Source: Scyliorhinus canicula (taxonomy: Eukaryota). Taken from it: a DNA stretch of 64,000 nucleotides. The notes beneath the pieces are model-generated. The model did no database searches. It was not told where the DNA came from and saw nothing but the letters and a program-made list of their open reading frames with translations. The stretch is taken from NCBI RefSeq assembly GCF_902713615.1, contig NW_024055494.1:295519-359518 (forward strand). The letters run 5' to 3'. Each line of letters starts with the position of its first letter. Within the stretch, counting starts at the first letter, position 1. This document shows positions 47,454 to 59,872 of the stretch, piece by piece. Made by a program: the position numbers and the translations under genes.

Positions 47454-48587
47454 ATGGAATCAAAAAAAAACACTCACAAGAGGGAGAAAGTGTTTCCGTG
47501 TTCTGTGTGTGGACGAAGCTTCAGCCAATCATCAAACTTGTCAAAACACAAGTGCTGTCCCATGGGGGAGAAACCGTGGAAATGTGGAGATTGTGGGAAG
47601 GGATTCAATTGTCCGTCTGAGCTGCGTATTCATCAACGTAGTCACACCGGGGAGAGACCATTCACCTGTTCTGTGTGTGAGAAAGGATTCACTAAATCAT
47701 CTGACCTTCTGAGACACCAGCGAATTCACACTGGGGAGAGACCGTTCACCTGCTCTGTGTGTCGGAAAGGCTTCACAACTTCGTACCACCTCCTGAAACA
47801 CTATCGTTCCCACAGTGAGGGGAGAAATGGGGAGAACGTGTTTCCGTGTTCTGTGTGTGGACGATGCTTCAGCCGAAAAGCAAACCTGTCAAAACACAAA
47901 TGCTGTCCCAGCGGCGAGAAACCGTGGAAATGTGGAGACTGTGGGAAGGGATTCAATTACTCGTCTGAGCTGCGTATTCATCAATACAGTCACACCGGGA
48001 AGAAACCATTCCCCTGCTCTGTGTGTGGGAAAGGATTCAACAAACCATCTGACCTTCTGAGACACCAGCGAGTTCACACTGGGGAGAGACCGTTCACCTG
48101 CTCTGTGTGTGGGAAAGGCTTCACAACCTCATATGGCCTCCTGTCCCACCATCGTATCCACAGTGAGGAGAGACCTTTCCAATGTTCTGACTGTGAGAAA
48201 AACTATAAAAGGAAAACAGGTCTGTTGAGCCATAAACTCACTCACACCGGGGAGAAACCGTTCACCTGCTCTGCTTGTGGGAAAGGATTTGCCCGTTCAT
48301 CCGAGCTCCTGACACACCAACTTGTTCATACTGATCAGAGGCCGTTTAAATATCCTGACTGTGAGAAGAGCTTTAAAAGCCGGAAGGATCAGCTGACACA
48401 TGAACACACTCACACCAGGGAGAGATCTTTCATCTGTTCTTTCTGTGGGAAAAGTTTTAGTTGGAAGTCCAACCTACTTAAGCACCAGCGGATTCACACT
48501 GGGGAGAGGCCATTCATCTGCTCAGTGTGTGGGAAGGCATTCATTCAGTCATCCCACAGGCTGAGACACCAGCTATTTCACAAGTGA
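47454..48587 (+). CDS. C2H2 zinc-finger protein 2 (13 finger units, two with HKCC, one broken)
   Basis: ORF track starts at TTG 47448 and the first ATG is at 47454; acceptor TTTTTCAG before 47370. Confidence 0.92.
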   Translation: MESKKNTHKREKVFPCSVCGRSFSQSSNLSKHKCCPMGEKPWKCGDCGKGFNCPSELRIHQRSHTGERPFTCSVCEKGFTKSSDLLRHQRIHTGERPFTCSVCRKGFTTSYHLLKHYRSHSEGRNGENVFPCSVCGRCFSRKANLSKHKCCPSGEKPWKCGDCGKGFNYSSELRIHQYSHTGKKPFPCSVCGKGFNKPSDLLRHQRVHTGERPFTCSVCGKGFTTSYGLLSHHRIHSEERPFQCSDCEKNYKRKTGLLSHKLTHTGEKPFTCSACGKGFARSSELLTHQLVHTDQRPFKYPDCEKSFKSRKDQLTHEHTHTRERSFICSFCGKSFSWKSNLLKHQRIHTGERPFICSVCGKAFIQSSHRLRHQLFHK

Positions 48588-49059
48588 CTGAAGGGATTGG
48601 ATTTGGATTCTGCTGTTAATCACATCCGGACCGAACCATCTTCACTCTGACAGCTGGTGTTTGTTGCTGCTGATATTAATCAGCCTGAAAGCTGGGGTGT
48701 GCATTGATGTTCTGTATAAATATTGATTAAATCAGCTTTGATTCAGACACTGTGTTTTGAATATTTGGTTTCCTCAATGATAAGAGGAGACTGATTGATC
48801 TGCTGACTGGGACATTATTTTGATCTTTTCTTACTCTGAATTATTTCTGTTCTCTGGTTCACCTTCTCCCAGATTAAACACTGAGCTTTCATCAATCCTA
48901 TCAATCTGTTGGAGACATTGGGCGGTTGGTGAGTTTCACCTGATGTTGGTGTCAGTTGCCCTCGGAAGATTTCCCAGTTTTCTGAAATTCCAGTGTGGTT
49001 GTGTGTTGATGTAATGATCGGAGTTTCAGTTCCAATGCTGATGATGGAGGGCCTGTGCT

Positions 49060-51260
49060 GCCAGAACCACAGAATGATTACAGTTCAGGAGGAGGCCATT
49101 CAGCCCATCGAGCCTGCACTGCTCACTGAAAGAACATCCTACCTAATCCCACTCCCCTGCCTTATCCCTGTAACCTTGCACATTCTTTCTTTGCAGATAA
49201 TAATCCAATTCCCTTTTAAATACATTGATTGAAGCTCCATCTCCATCTTAATATGTTCATTCCAGACTCTATCCACCATCTGGGTGAAAACATTTTTTAG
49301 CCTCCCATCACTTCTGCTCCTTTTGCTAATTATTTTAAATCTGTGCTCTCTAGTTCTTGATGTACTCCTGAGGGGAAATAGCTTTTCATTATTTACCCTG
49401 TCCAAACCCCTCAGGATCTTGATTACCTCTTCAAGTCTCCTATCAGCCTTCTTTTCTCCAAGGAAAACAGACTCAGCCTCTCCTCATAGCTCCAGTTATT
49501 TATCCCTGGAATCATTCTTGTAAATCTTCTCTGGACTCTGCACTCCAATGCCTTCACATCCTTCCTCAAGTTTAAAAAAAATAATTTCATTGGGATGTGG
49601 TGTCGCTGGCTGGGCATTTACTGCCCATCATTAATTGCCCTTGAACTGAGTGGTTTGCTCAGCCATTTCAGAGGGCATTTTCAGAGTCAACCACTTTGCT
49701 GTGGGTCTGGTGACACATGAAGGCCACACCAGGTAAGGGCAGGAGATTTCCTTCCCTAAAGGACAAGAGTGAATCTGATGAGTTTTTATTGCATTATTTT
49801 ATTGCTTTTTTCATAAATTTAGAGTACCCAATTCATTTTTGCCAATTAAGGGGCAATTTAGGGTGGCCAATCTACCTAACATGCACATCTTTGTGTGGGG
49901 GCGAAACCCACGTAAACACGGGGAGAATGTGCAAACTCCACACGAACAGTAACCCAGAGCCGGGATTGAACCTGGGACCTTGGCACCGTGAGGCAGCAGT
50001 GCTGCCCCCAGATGGGTTTTTCTGACAATAGACGATGGTTTCATGGTCATCATTGGACTTTTAATTCAAGATTTTAAAATATTGAATTCACAATCCACTA
50101 TTCTAAATACTAAGAAGTTAATTTCTGGACTAAAGAATTGTGAGTTCTTCGAAGATGTAACAAGCAAAGTGGATAATGGGGATCCTGGAGATGTAGTATA
50201 TCTGGACTTCCGGAAGGCGTTTGATAAGTTGCCACACAAAAGGTTAATTGACAAGGTGAGATCACATGGGATTAGGGGTAATTTATTACCTTAGATAGAA
50301 GACTGGCTGACAGACAGGAGACAGAGAGTCAGGATAAATGGTTCTTTTTCTGGATGGCAAGATGTAACTAGTGGGGCGCCACAGGGTTCAGACCTTGGGC
50401 CCCAGCTATTTACAATTTATATTAACTACTTGGATACAGGGATAGAAGGTTCTATAGCCAAATTTGTAGATCACACAAAAATAAGTGGGACAGTAAACTG
50501 CAATGAGAAAATAAGAACCTTACAAATGGATATAGATACGTTAGGAGAGTGGTCCAAAATGTGGCTGATGGAGTTGTGGATAAGTGTGAGGTCATGCATT
50601 TTGGTCAAAAAAATGGAAAGGCACCTTATCTAAATGGGGAGAGACTTCAGGGTGCCCTATGCAGTGAGATCTGGGTGTCCTTGTGCACGAGTCACAGAAA
50701 ATGAGCATGAAGGTGCAGCAGATAATAAGGAAAAAAAATGGAATGTTAACAAGGAAATGCGTAACAAAGTATTGTTGCAACTATACAAGGCCACACCTGG
50801 ATTATTGTGCACAGTTTTAGTCCCTTTATTTGAGGAAAGATGTAGTGGCATTGGAGGCAGTTCAGAGGAGGTTCACTAGATTGATTCCAGAGATGAGGGG
50901 AGATTGAATAGTTTAGGCCTATACTCTCTCTTAGAAGAATGAAGGGAGATCTCATTGAGGTAAACAAGATGCTAAAAGGTATGGACAGGGCGGCACAGTG
51001 GTTAGCACTGTTGCTTCACAGTGCCAGGGTCCCAGGTTCCATTCCTGGCTTGGGTCACTGCCTGTGCAGAGTCTGCACATTCTCCCTGTGTCTGCGTGGG
51101 TGTCCTCCGGGCGCTCCGATTTCCTCCCACAAATTCTTGAAGGAGTTAGACAGATTTTTAATTGGTAATGGGTTGAAGGCTTACAAAGGACGGTGGAGTT
51201 GAGCCCAGGATGGGATCAGCCATGATCATATTGAAGGTATTTAGACTCGGGAGGCTGCAT
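49060..51260. mobile_element. Cluster of decayed CR1 fragments (- ~49060-49570; + ~50120-51260) with inserted SINEs (~49575-50090, ~50988-51140)
   Basis: VYLDFRKAFDKLPH at ~50200 and LRGDL-like tails. Confidence 0.8.
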
Positions 51261-52049
51261 TGCCTTCTCCTGCTCCTCGGTTATGTGTTCTCGAGAGGAG
51301 ATGCTCTGACTGATTTTTCAATCCAGCTCTTGGTCTTTAGCATTGTGGGTAGCACATAAGGAACAATCAGCTATGATGGAATGGCGGAGTAGACACGTTG
51401 GGCCAAATGGCCTAATTCTGCTCCTGTATCTTAAGAACTTGTGACTACACAGAATACCTTTCACTGTACCGCAGTACATGTGACAATACAACAAATGCAA
51501 TACAAACAAGTCTTGTTTACCCATCCCCTGGGCTCACTTTCCTTTTAAGAAGGACCAAAAGTTGAAATTTCCCATTCTTCGTTTCTTATAGTTGTGATCA
51601 TCCTGATCTCTGTAATCTCCTCACACACACACACCCCTTCAAGATCTCTGCACTCATTTAATTCCGGCCACTATAGCACTCCTGATTTGTTCGGTCCACC
51701 ATTACTGACCTTTTATCATTTGACTGGGCCACTAGCTCTGGTATTTCCTCCTTAAAAATCTCCGACTCTCACTCACTTTCCTCTATTACGAAATCTAATA
51801 TCTCCTCTTGAGGCTGTGTCAATTGTTATTTTGTAACATTTCTCTGAAATGTCTCAAAAAGCTTTATTCTGTCAAAATAAATTTGAATTATTGTCACAGC
51901 CCTGGAAATGTATCATTGTTCTGACTCATAAATAGGAATTTGTAACTCAGAGTGAAACAGTCTGTCACGATGAAACAATTCTAAATGTTGCCCTCAACAA
52001 TGATGGCGACTGAGCCTTAACTCCGCTGCTGCTGCCCCCAATAAAAATG

Positions 52050-52430
52050 GTGGGTGCGCGTGCGCACTGCTAGTGCCCAAATAAAGTTAATGGTGCGCAT
52101 GCGCAACCCCGCTAGCGCGCGATCGAGATGGCGGCCCCATCGTCCCGTCTGTGAGCCTCGCTCAGGGCTCCCGGTACCGGTAGGTTATTTTTACGGGTTT
52201 TCGGTTTATATCACATATTTATATAGTGTGTCCAACGACGCGCCTGATTCATCTCTCCCTTCGCCCCTGATTCATCTCTCCCTCCGCCCCGTCATTCCCA
52301 CCTTTACGGATTGTGGATCCGAGAACGAACGTTTTTCTGTGTCGCCATTAATCACACTGCGCATGCTTCACTCAAGCCCAGTCCCGCCCCCTCATTCACG
52401 CTGATTGGTTGGAGGACCCCTGACTCCCCA
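52050..52430 (-). promoter_or_regulatory. Minus-strand copy of the ZNF promoter/exon 1 cassette
   Basis: Reverse complement of 52346-52417 aligns with 27841-27912 (GTCCTCCAACCAATC..GTGAATGAGGGG.CGGG...TGAAGCATGCGCAGTGT...AATGGCGA). YY1/NRF1 motifs at 52090-52135. Confidence 0.75.
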
Positions 52431-53342
52431 CAGGTCCTCCGTTCCAACCCATTCTTTACCTATTGGTCAGTGCTGCCGTCAATCACTTCGCGCATTGTGA
52501 GGTGTCAGGTGAGAGGTCTGTCGGGGGGCGGGGTTTACAAACCCCAGTGCGGCCCCAGAGCCGAACAATGAACATTCTCCACTCACTGTCCGTCACTTCC
52601 GGCTTCTCTCCATAAACAACATCATAGAGACCAGGGGGGTAGACACTGACCCAGTGACAATGTCACTGCATTAGTGGGCAAGTCTAATGTAACCTCTCCT
52701 GTTCCAAAAGGCAGAAACTAGAAACCTAGTTAGTTTAAAAACTGTTGTTGGGAAACTTGGAATCCATTAATGAAAAAATGAAAATCGCTTATTGTCATAA
52801 GGAGGTATAGGGTGGATATGTGGGCTTGAGTAGGGTGATCATTGCTCGGCACAACATCGAGGGCCGAGGGGCCTGTTCTGTGCTGTACTGTTCTATGTTC
52901 TATGTAAATGAAGTTACTGTGAAAAACCCCTAGTCGCCACATTGCGGCGCCTGTTCGGGAAGGCTGTAACAGGAATCGAACCGTGCTGCTGGCCTGCTTT
53001 CAAAGCCAGCGATTTAGCCCTGTGAAAAACAGCCCCGCATTAGTGAGGATGTAGCAACTGGACATTCGTAAAGTCAAACTGCAAACCATCAGAGTCAGTG
53101 GAAAAGTCTAATGTAACCCCCCCACTGGTTAATGATTTGCCGCACACAGAGCCACACACAGAGCCACTGGTTATTGATTTCCCGCTCTAATTGACTTTCA
53201 TGAATGGAGGCGGGTATAATATATGTCCCCACAGGCCAATTTGAAAGGCAGGCCGGCTTTGGGGGCTTCCTTGATGGGTGGTTTGCGGCTAGGACCCCAT
53301 CGGCCCTGGTCCCTGTGGGAAGGGCGGAGGGCTGGTCCCGAC

Positions 53343-53665
53343 GGTGCTCCTTTTCCTGGGAAACGGTTCAGATTTGCTCCCTTACTCTTTGGCGGGCAGG
53401 GAGCACCCTTTCCCAGGGACATGGTTCGGATTCACTTCCTTACTCTCTGGAGGGAGAGGGTGCTTCTTTCCCGGGGAACATATTTCAGATTCACTCCCTT
53501 ACACTCTGGCGGGAGAGGGTGCTCCTTTCCCGGGGACACATTTCAGATTCACTCCCTTATTCTATGGCGGGAGAGGGTGCTCCTTTCCCGGGGAAACATT
53601 TCAGATTCACTCCCTTACTCTCTGGCGGGAGAGGGTGCTCCTTTCCCGGGGACACGATTCAGATC
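53343..53665 (+). repeat. 58-bp tandem repeat, ~6 copies
   Basis: CAGAT anchors at 53486, 53544, 53602 and 53660. Confidence 0.9.
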
Positions 53666-54354
53666 CAGTCCCTTGGACTCTGGTGAACTCTCTCAATTAA
53701 CAACAGGGAGGTGACTTTTTAGAAATTAATCCATGGACTATAAAGCAATGTGGATGTTGCGGAATTAAAGTCTCTGAATGGGAAGTGGGTGTAATTCTGG
53801 ATTTAATAATCCTGGAATAAATGTGTTTCAGACTGAAATGTGAGGCTGGAATGAAATGGAGTTTCTGCTGCTGTTGTTAGCACTGTTGGATTGCTGTGTG
53901 TGTGAGCCTGGGGACAGGAGAGAGAGGGAGAGGGACGGAAAGCAGCAGTTGAAAAAAAAATGAAAATCGCTTATTGTCATGAGTAGGCTTCAATTAAGTT
54001 ACTGTGAAAAGCCCCTAGTCGCCACATTCCGGCACCTGTCCGGGGAGGCTGGTACAGTTCCCCTTGTACAAAGGGTCAGTCACAAGGGGGGACACATTCA
54101 TGCTGAGGGGCAGGGGATTTAGAAGGTTTTGAGGAAAGTGAGGAAAGAGGGTGGTGACGGTCTGGAATACACTGCCTGGAAGGATGGTAGAAGCGGGTTG
54201 CCTCACATCCTTTAAAAAAGTTCCTGGATGAATAGTTGGCACGCCATAACATTCAAGGCTATGGCCAAATGTTGGCAAAGGGATTAGGTAGGTAGGTTGT
54301 GTTTTTCATGTGTCAGTGCAGACTTGATGGGCCCCAAGGGCCTCTTCTGCACTG

Positions 54355-55240
54355 TTGCTGATGAAACAAATTTAAGTGGCATTGCAGACAGCCAGATGAT
54401 GGCATTAAATTGCAAGGAGATATTGACAGATTAAGTAAATGGGCAAATTTGTGACAGATCGAATTGAATGTAAGCAATTCTGGACCAAAAAAGGATAGAG
54501 CAATGTATTTTCTAAATGGAAAGAGGTTTGGTACAGTGGATGTTCAAAGAGACTGGGGTACAGGTGCACAGATCCTTAAAATGTCACAATCAAGTCCAGA
54601 ACATAATTAAAAAGGCGAAAGCCATTCATATCTAGAGGATTTCAGTATAAAGACTGCAGTTATACAAAACCCTGGTAAGACCCCACTTGGAGAACTGTGA
54701 GCAGTTCTGGGCACCACACCTTCGGGAGGATATTTTGGCCTTGGAGGGAGTGCAACTAAGGTTTACTAAAACGGCACCCCACAATACACTGACTACGGGG
54801 GGGGGGGGGGGGGGGGGTTACGTGACAAGGAGAGATTACACAAATTAGGCCTGTTTTCGCTAGAATTTAGAAGGTTAAGGTGTGATCTGATTGAAGTATT
54901 TAAGATATTAACAGGGAAAGACAGGGTTGATGAAGATAAACTATTTCCACTGATTGGCGATTCGAAAACTAGGGGTCATTGTCTAAAAATCAGGGCTGGA
55001 CCGTTCAGGAGATGTTCAGAAGAACTTCTTCACACACAGGGTGGGAGAGGTTTGGAACTCTCTCCCACAAACAGCAGGTGAAGCTGGATCACTTGTTAAG
55101 TTTATATCTGAAATAGATAGACTTTTGTTGAGCAAAGATACAAAGGAATATGGAGTTAGGTCACAGATCAGCCATGATCTCACTAAATGGCAGGACAGAT
55201 TTGAGGGGCTGAATGGCCTACTCCTGTCCCAATGTGTATT
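54355..55240 (+). mobile_element. Decayed CR1 RT 3' fragment
   Basis: ADETNL.., LQGDIDRLSKWA, LVRPHLE-like and CR1 tail motifs. Confidence 0.8.
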
Positions 55241-55376
55241 TCTGTGATTCTGTGAAATTCAGACACCACCATGACAGGGAAAGAGTCCGGATTAGAACCT
55301 GAGTTAGTCTGAGCTGCAAACCATCCCTCCAGATCCTTGCCCTTCATGGATTTAGTGAAGATCAAGGCAATAGTTG

Positions 55377-55722
55377 GGGCAGCACGGTAGCATTGTGGAC
55401 AGCACAATCGCTTCACAGCTCCAGGGTCTCAGGTTCGATTCTGGCTAGGGTCACTGTGCGGAGTCTGCACATCCTCCCCGTGCGTGCGTGGGTTTCCTCC
55501 GGGTGCTCCGGTTTCGTCCCACATTCCAAAGATGTGCAGGTTAGGTGGATTGGTCATGATAAATTGCCCTTAGTGTCCAAAATTGCCCTTAGTGTTGGGT
55601 GGGGTTATTGGGTTATGGGGATAGGGTGGAACTGTTGACCTTGGGTAGGGTGCTCTTTCCAAGAGCCGGTGCAGACTCGATGGGCCGAATGGCCTCCTTC
55701 TGCACTGTAAATTCTATGATCT
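55377..55722 (+). mobile_element. Full-length HE1 SINE with CR1-type tail
   Basis: Near-identical to 27073-27415. Confidence 0.92.
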
Positions 55723-56030
55723 ATTGAAAGACTTGACGGAGTTGTTGGATACCATTTTTCGGGTTGCAGGATAAAGCCTGACGGAATTCACTCTCCACAG
55801 GCTTGAGCTGCCTTTGAACTTCATCGATGCCTTGACGCTTTGTTTGTGTTGCTGCCGAAAAGTCCTGAATCCTCCCCCTCTCCGGGGCCAGGTGCCACCT
55901 CACCGTACCCATCTCCAGAATCTTCTTTCAGGCTGTGGAAGCGAATGATAACAGGCCTGGGATGAAAACTATCCCTCGGCCTCAGTGACAGGATATGATG
56001 CACACTTTCTAATTTTAAACTCCCAGGCTT
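55723..56030 (-). mobile_element. L1-clade ORF1 fragment
   Basis: LESVHHILSLRPRD...PRPVIIRFHS and RIQDFSAATQTKRQ..DEV.RQLK resemble the L1 ORF1 RRM/CTD region. Confidence 0.65.
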
Positions 56031-56683
56031 CAATGATCCCATTGAATGGTTCAGGTTGGATGGGCCGAATGGCTGATTGCAGCTCATATTTCTTGTGACC
56101 TCCTGGACAGGAAGCAGTGAGCTGAGCTGGGATCTGTCAATCAGCCTGAATCAGCACCTTCAGGGGAATAGGGAGGGTGAATATTAGATACAGCAGAGTG
56201 AGAATGGAGGGAGAGTGTGTGGGATGGAGATTTCCAGTTTTCGGGGAATAAGAGAGAGGAACCAAATGTTCCATTTATTGAGAATTATTGTTCTGAGTTT
56301 CTATCCTGTACTGACAGTGATGAATTTTGTAATTTTTTTTACAGAATATTCAATGAGGAGGAATTACAGACAGAAATCTCAACAGTCAAGTCTCAATTTG
56401 ACAGTCACTCGATTCCTTAGAACCAGATTATCATTGGCCTTTGAGTTGATAAGATGAAACATTTACCCAAATTGTCGGCTTCTTAAGATTTGAAACATCA
56501 GTGTGACTGGAAAAGCTCCGAGACCCACACAACACACACCCCAGTGAGAGTGTTCCAGTGAACTGACTGTGGAAAGAGCTTTGACCAGTTACACAGCCTG
56601 AAAAACAACATTCAGAGTGGGGAGGGACCTTACCCGTGTTGTGTCTGTGGACGAGGCTTCAACTGATTTGGAGACCCAAAAAA

Positions 56684-57334
56684 ATGGAGAAACCGTGGAA
56701 ATGTGGGCACTGTGGGAAGGGATTCAGTTTCCCATCTCAGCTGGAGACTCATCGACGCAGTCACACTGGGGAGAGACCATTCACCTGCTCCAAGTGTGGG
56801 AAGGGATTCACTCAGTTCTCCAGCCTGCAGACACACCAGCGAGCTCACGCTGGGGAGACGCTATTCACCTGCTCAAAATGTGGCAAAGGATTGACTCAGT
56901 TTTCCAGCCTGCAGACACATCAGCGAGTTCACACTGGGGAAAGACCATTCACCTGCACTCAGTGTGGGAAGGGATTCAATGATTCATCCAACCGGCAGAG
57001 ACATCAGCGAGTTCACACTGGAGAGAGGCCATTCACCTGCCCTCGGTGTGGAAAAAGATTCACTGATTCATCCACCCTGCGGACACACCAGCGAGTTCAC
57101 ACTGGGGAGAGGCCATCCACGTGCTCTCAGTGTGGGAAGGGATTTACTCAGTTATCTCACCTGCGAAGACACCAGCGAGTTCACACTGGGGAGAGGCCGT
57201 TCACCTGCTCTCTGTGTGGGAAAGGATTTACTCGAGCATTCAACCTGCAGTCACACCAGCGAGTTCACACTGGGAAGAGGCTGTTCACCCCTCAATGTGA
57301 GACGGGATTGCATGTTGCACCACACCTGCTGTGA
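56684..57334 (+). CDS. C2H2 zinc-finger protein 3 (7 intact fingers, decayed flanking fingers; possibly pseudogenising)
   Basis: ATG at 56684 (MEKPWKC...). Acceptor before 56345 is followed by frameshifted finger relics; degenerate C-terminal finger. Confidence 0.82.
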   Translation: MEKPWKCGHCGKGFSFPSQLETHRRSHTGERPFTCSKCGKGFTQFSSLQTHQRAHAGETLFTCSKCGKGLTQFSSLQTHQRVHTGERPFTCTQCGKGFNDSSNRQRHQRVHTGERPFTCPRCGKRFTDSSTLRTHQRVHTGERPSTCSQCGKGFTQLSHLRRHQRVHTGERPFTCSLCGKGFTRAFNLQSHQRVHTGKRLFTPQCETGLHVAPHLL

Positions 57335-57829
57335 CACCCACAATTTCACAATTGATTACAGGGGTTGGATTCTGCTGTTATTGTTTCTGCTCTGCATCCA
57401 GGACTGCATTTTGTTCATTCTGACAGGTGGTCAGTGGGGATGGTCGGAGGGTTTCTTTCTGCTGGACTGGCCGGTCTCACCACTTTGCCTCCAGTGGGCT
57501 GATGCTCTTTGAGCTTTGTTGCTAATACCTGGCTTCAAATTGCACAAGGATCTCAGAGTGAAAGGGTGTTTGGAAGTTTGAAGATATTTCGTTTCCATTT
57601 CTGTTTGGAACCCCCCCCCCCTCTCCTCAGCCATGTTGCCATGGAGATGGGCCCTGGTGGTTACCTGGTTCTTTTGTTTAATTTATCTGAGTGTTTCTCA
57701 CAGAAGAAAACAATCAGGGTATGAGGGGCAAGTTGTCTGAGGTGGACTGGGAAACTGATTGGTACGGGGAATACCTAATGTTTAATGAATTATTTCATAT
57801 TTATCAGGGGGTCGGTCAGCTCAGTTGGC

Positions 57830-58020
57830 TGGACGACTGGTTTGTGATGCAGAGCGAGGCCAACAGTGAGGATTCAACTCCCGAACTGGCTGAGTTTATT
57901 CATGAAGGCCCGGCCTTCTCAACCAGGCCCCTCGCCTGAGGTGTGCTGACCCTCGGGTTAAATCACCTCCAGTCAGCTCTCTCTCTGTCAAAGGGGAGAG
58001 CAGCCTATGGTCCTCTGGAA
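57830..58020 (+). mobile_element. tRNA-derived SINE (same family as 17885-18090)
   Basis: CAGCTCAGTTGGCTGGA head and shared body. Confidence 0.8.
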
Positions 58021-58049
58021 TTTTTGCAATTTGTATTTTGCACATATAC

Positions 58050-59585
58050 AACATATATAGATTCCTTTAAGGAACAACAATCCAACATAAAAAATGATGC
58101 AATCTTTGCGAACAAGAAAAGTTAAAGATTCCATGAGATCCATTAGAATTCAGCAAAGGAGGATCAAGAAACTGATGAGAGCAAACTGGGGAGAAACATA
58201 AAAACCGACTGGAAAAGCTTTGACAGGAATGTGAAAAGGAAAAGATTAGCAAAGACCAATGTGGGTCCATTCCAGGCAGAGACAGGAGAGTTTATAATGG
58301 GGAGTAAGGAAATGGCAGAGAAACTAAACAATGTGTGTCTGTCTTCACAGAGGAAGATACAGAAATTGTCCCCAAAACACCAGAGATCCAAGGGACTGGC
58401 AGAGATTAGTATTGGTGAAAATGTCGTACTGGAGACATTAATGGGGTTGAAAGTGAATAAATCCCCAAAAGCTGATGATCTGCACCCCAGAGTGTTGAAC
58501 GATGTGGCTGTGATCTCTATTCCTCATTATAGACCATACGATGCAGAAGGAGACCATTCGGCCTATCGAGTCTGCACCGACCCACTTAAGCCCTCACTTC
58601 CACCCAAACCCAATAATCCCTCCTAACCTTTTTGGACACTTATGGCAATTTAACGTGGCTAATCCACCTAACCTGCACATCTTTGGACTGTGGGAGGAAA
58701 CCGGAGCACTTGGAGGAAACCCACACAGACACGGGGAGAACGTGCAGACTCAGCACAGACAGTGACCCAGCAGGGGATCGAACCTGGGACTCTGGTGCTG
58801 TGAAGCAACTGTGCTAACCATTGTGTTACTGTGCTACCCAATAAATTCTCCTGACTCTATCTGCGTCGGACAATCCTTTGCCTTAGCTAAACGTTTCCTA
58901 TTTTCGTACCTGTAGGAACTTTTACAGTTCATTTTTATGTATTTTGCTGGTTCACATTCATATTCTGTTCTCCCTCGCTTTCTCAGTCTTTTGGTCCTTT
59001 GCTGTATTCTAAAATCCTCCCAATCCTCAGGTTTATTCCTATTTCTGATAACTTTATCAGCCTTTTCTTTCAATCTTATATAAAACTTCACTTCCTCTGG
59101 TAGTCACGGTTCTCTGACCTTTTGGGGTTCTTGTGCCGTGAAGGAATGTGAACTGTGTAATAATTATTGAAAGTCTGTTGCCTGTGGACTGTCACACCTT
59201 TTAATGTATTTACCCCAATCCACCTCAGCTAATTTGTCCCTTCTACCTTCATAATTTCCTTCAAACTTAATACCCTGGCTTCAGATTGGAATACCTCAGA
59301 TTCAATATTCTGGTCACTCATCGCTAAAGGTTGTTTTCAGCGTGATTATCAATTAGCCCTTTATCATTGCATAATATTAGATCTGCAAAGCCTGTTCTCT
59401 AGTCGGTTCCTCAACTTACTGCTGTAGAAAACTGTCCCTAACACACTCCAGAAACGTGTCCTCCACAGCATCAGTGCCCATTAGGTTAACCCAGTCTTTA
59501 TGCAGATTGAAGTCACCCATTACTGTTTTACCCATGCTACATACTTCTCTAATCTCCGATTAATACCATGTCCCGCACTACCCCT
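58050..59585. mobile_element. Two convergent CR1 ORF2 fragments (+ ~58050-58510, - ~58840-59585) flanking an HE1 (-, ~58525-58838)
   Basis: KRLAKTNVGPFQAETGEFIMG (+) and KRLAKAKDCPTQIESGEFIG (-). Confidence 0.75.
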
Positions 59586-59599
59586 ACTGTTTTGATCTT

Positions 59600-59872
59600 G
59601 AACACCGATGGGTCAGAGTACAGGAGGGGGACAGAGAACCTAGTGGAGTGGTGCAATGACATCAATCTCTCCCTCAACATCAGCAAAACTGAGGAGCTGG
59701 TCATTGACTTCAGGAAGTGTCGTACACATCCCTGTCTGCATCAATGGTGTCGAGGTGGAGATGGTTGACAGCTTCAAATTTCTAGGTGTGCACATCACCA
59801 ACAATCTGTCCTGGTGCACACACATCGACGCTACGATCAAGAAAGCACAACAGTGCCTATACTTCTTCAGCA
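59600..59872 (+). mobile_element. Rex1/Babar-type LINE RT fragment
   Basis: DGSEYRR..ENLVEWCND.NLSLN.SKT.ELVIDFRK and VEMVDSFKFLGVHITNNLSW. Confidence 0.75.

Noticed and set aside
58050-59585. Convergent CR1 fragments as an inverted-repeat transposon
   Set aside because: The arms are diverged CR1 ORF2 relics with no terminal inverted repeats or transposase, and independent insertions explain them.
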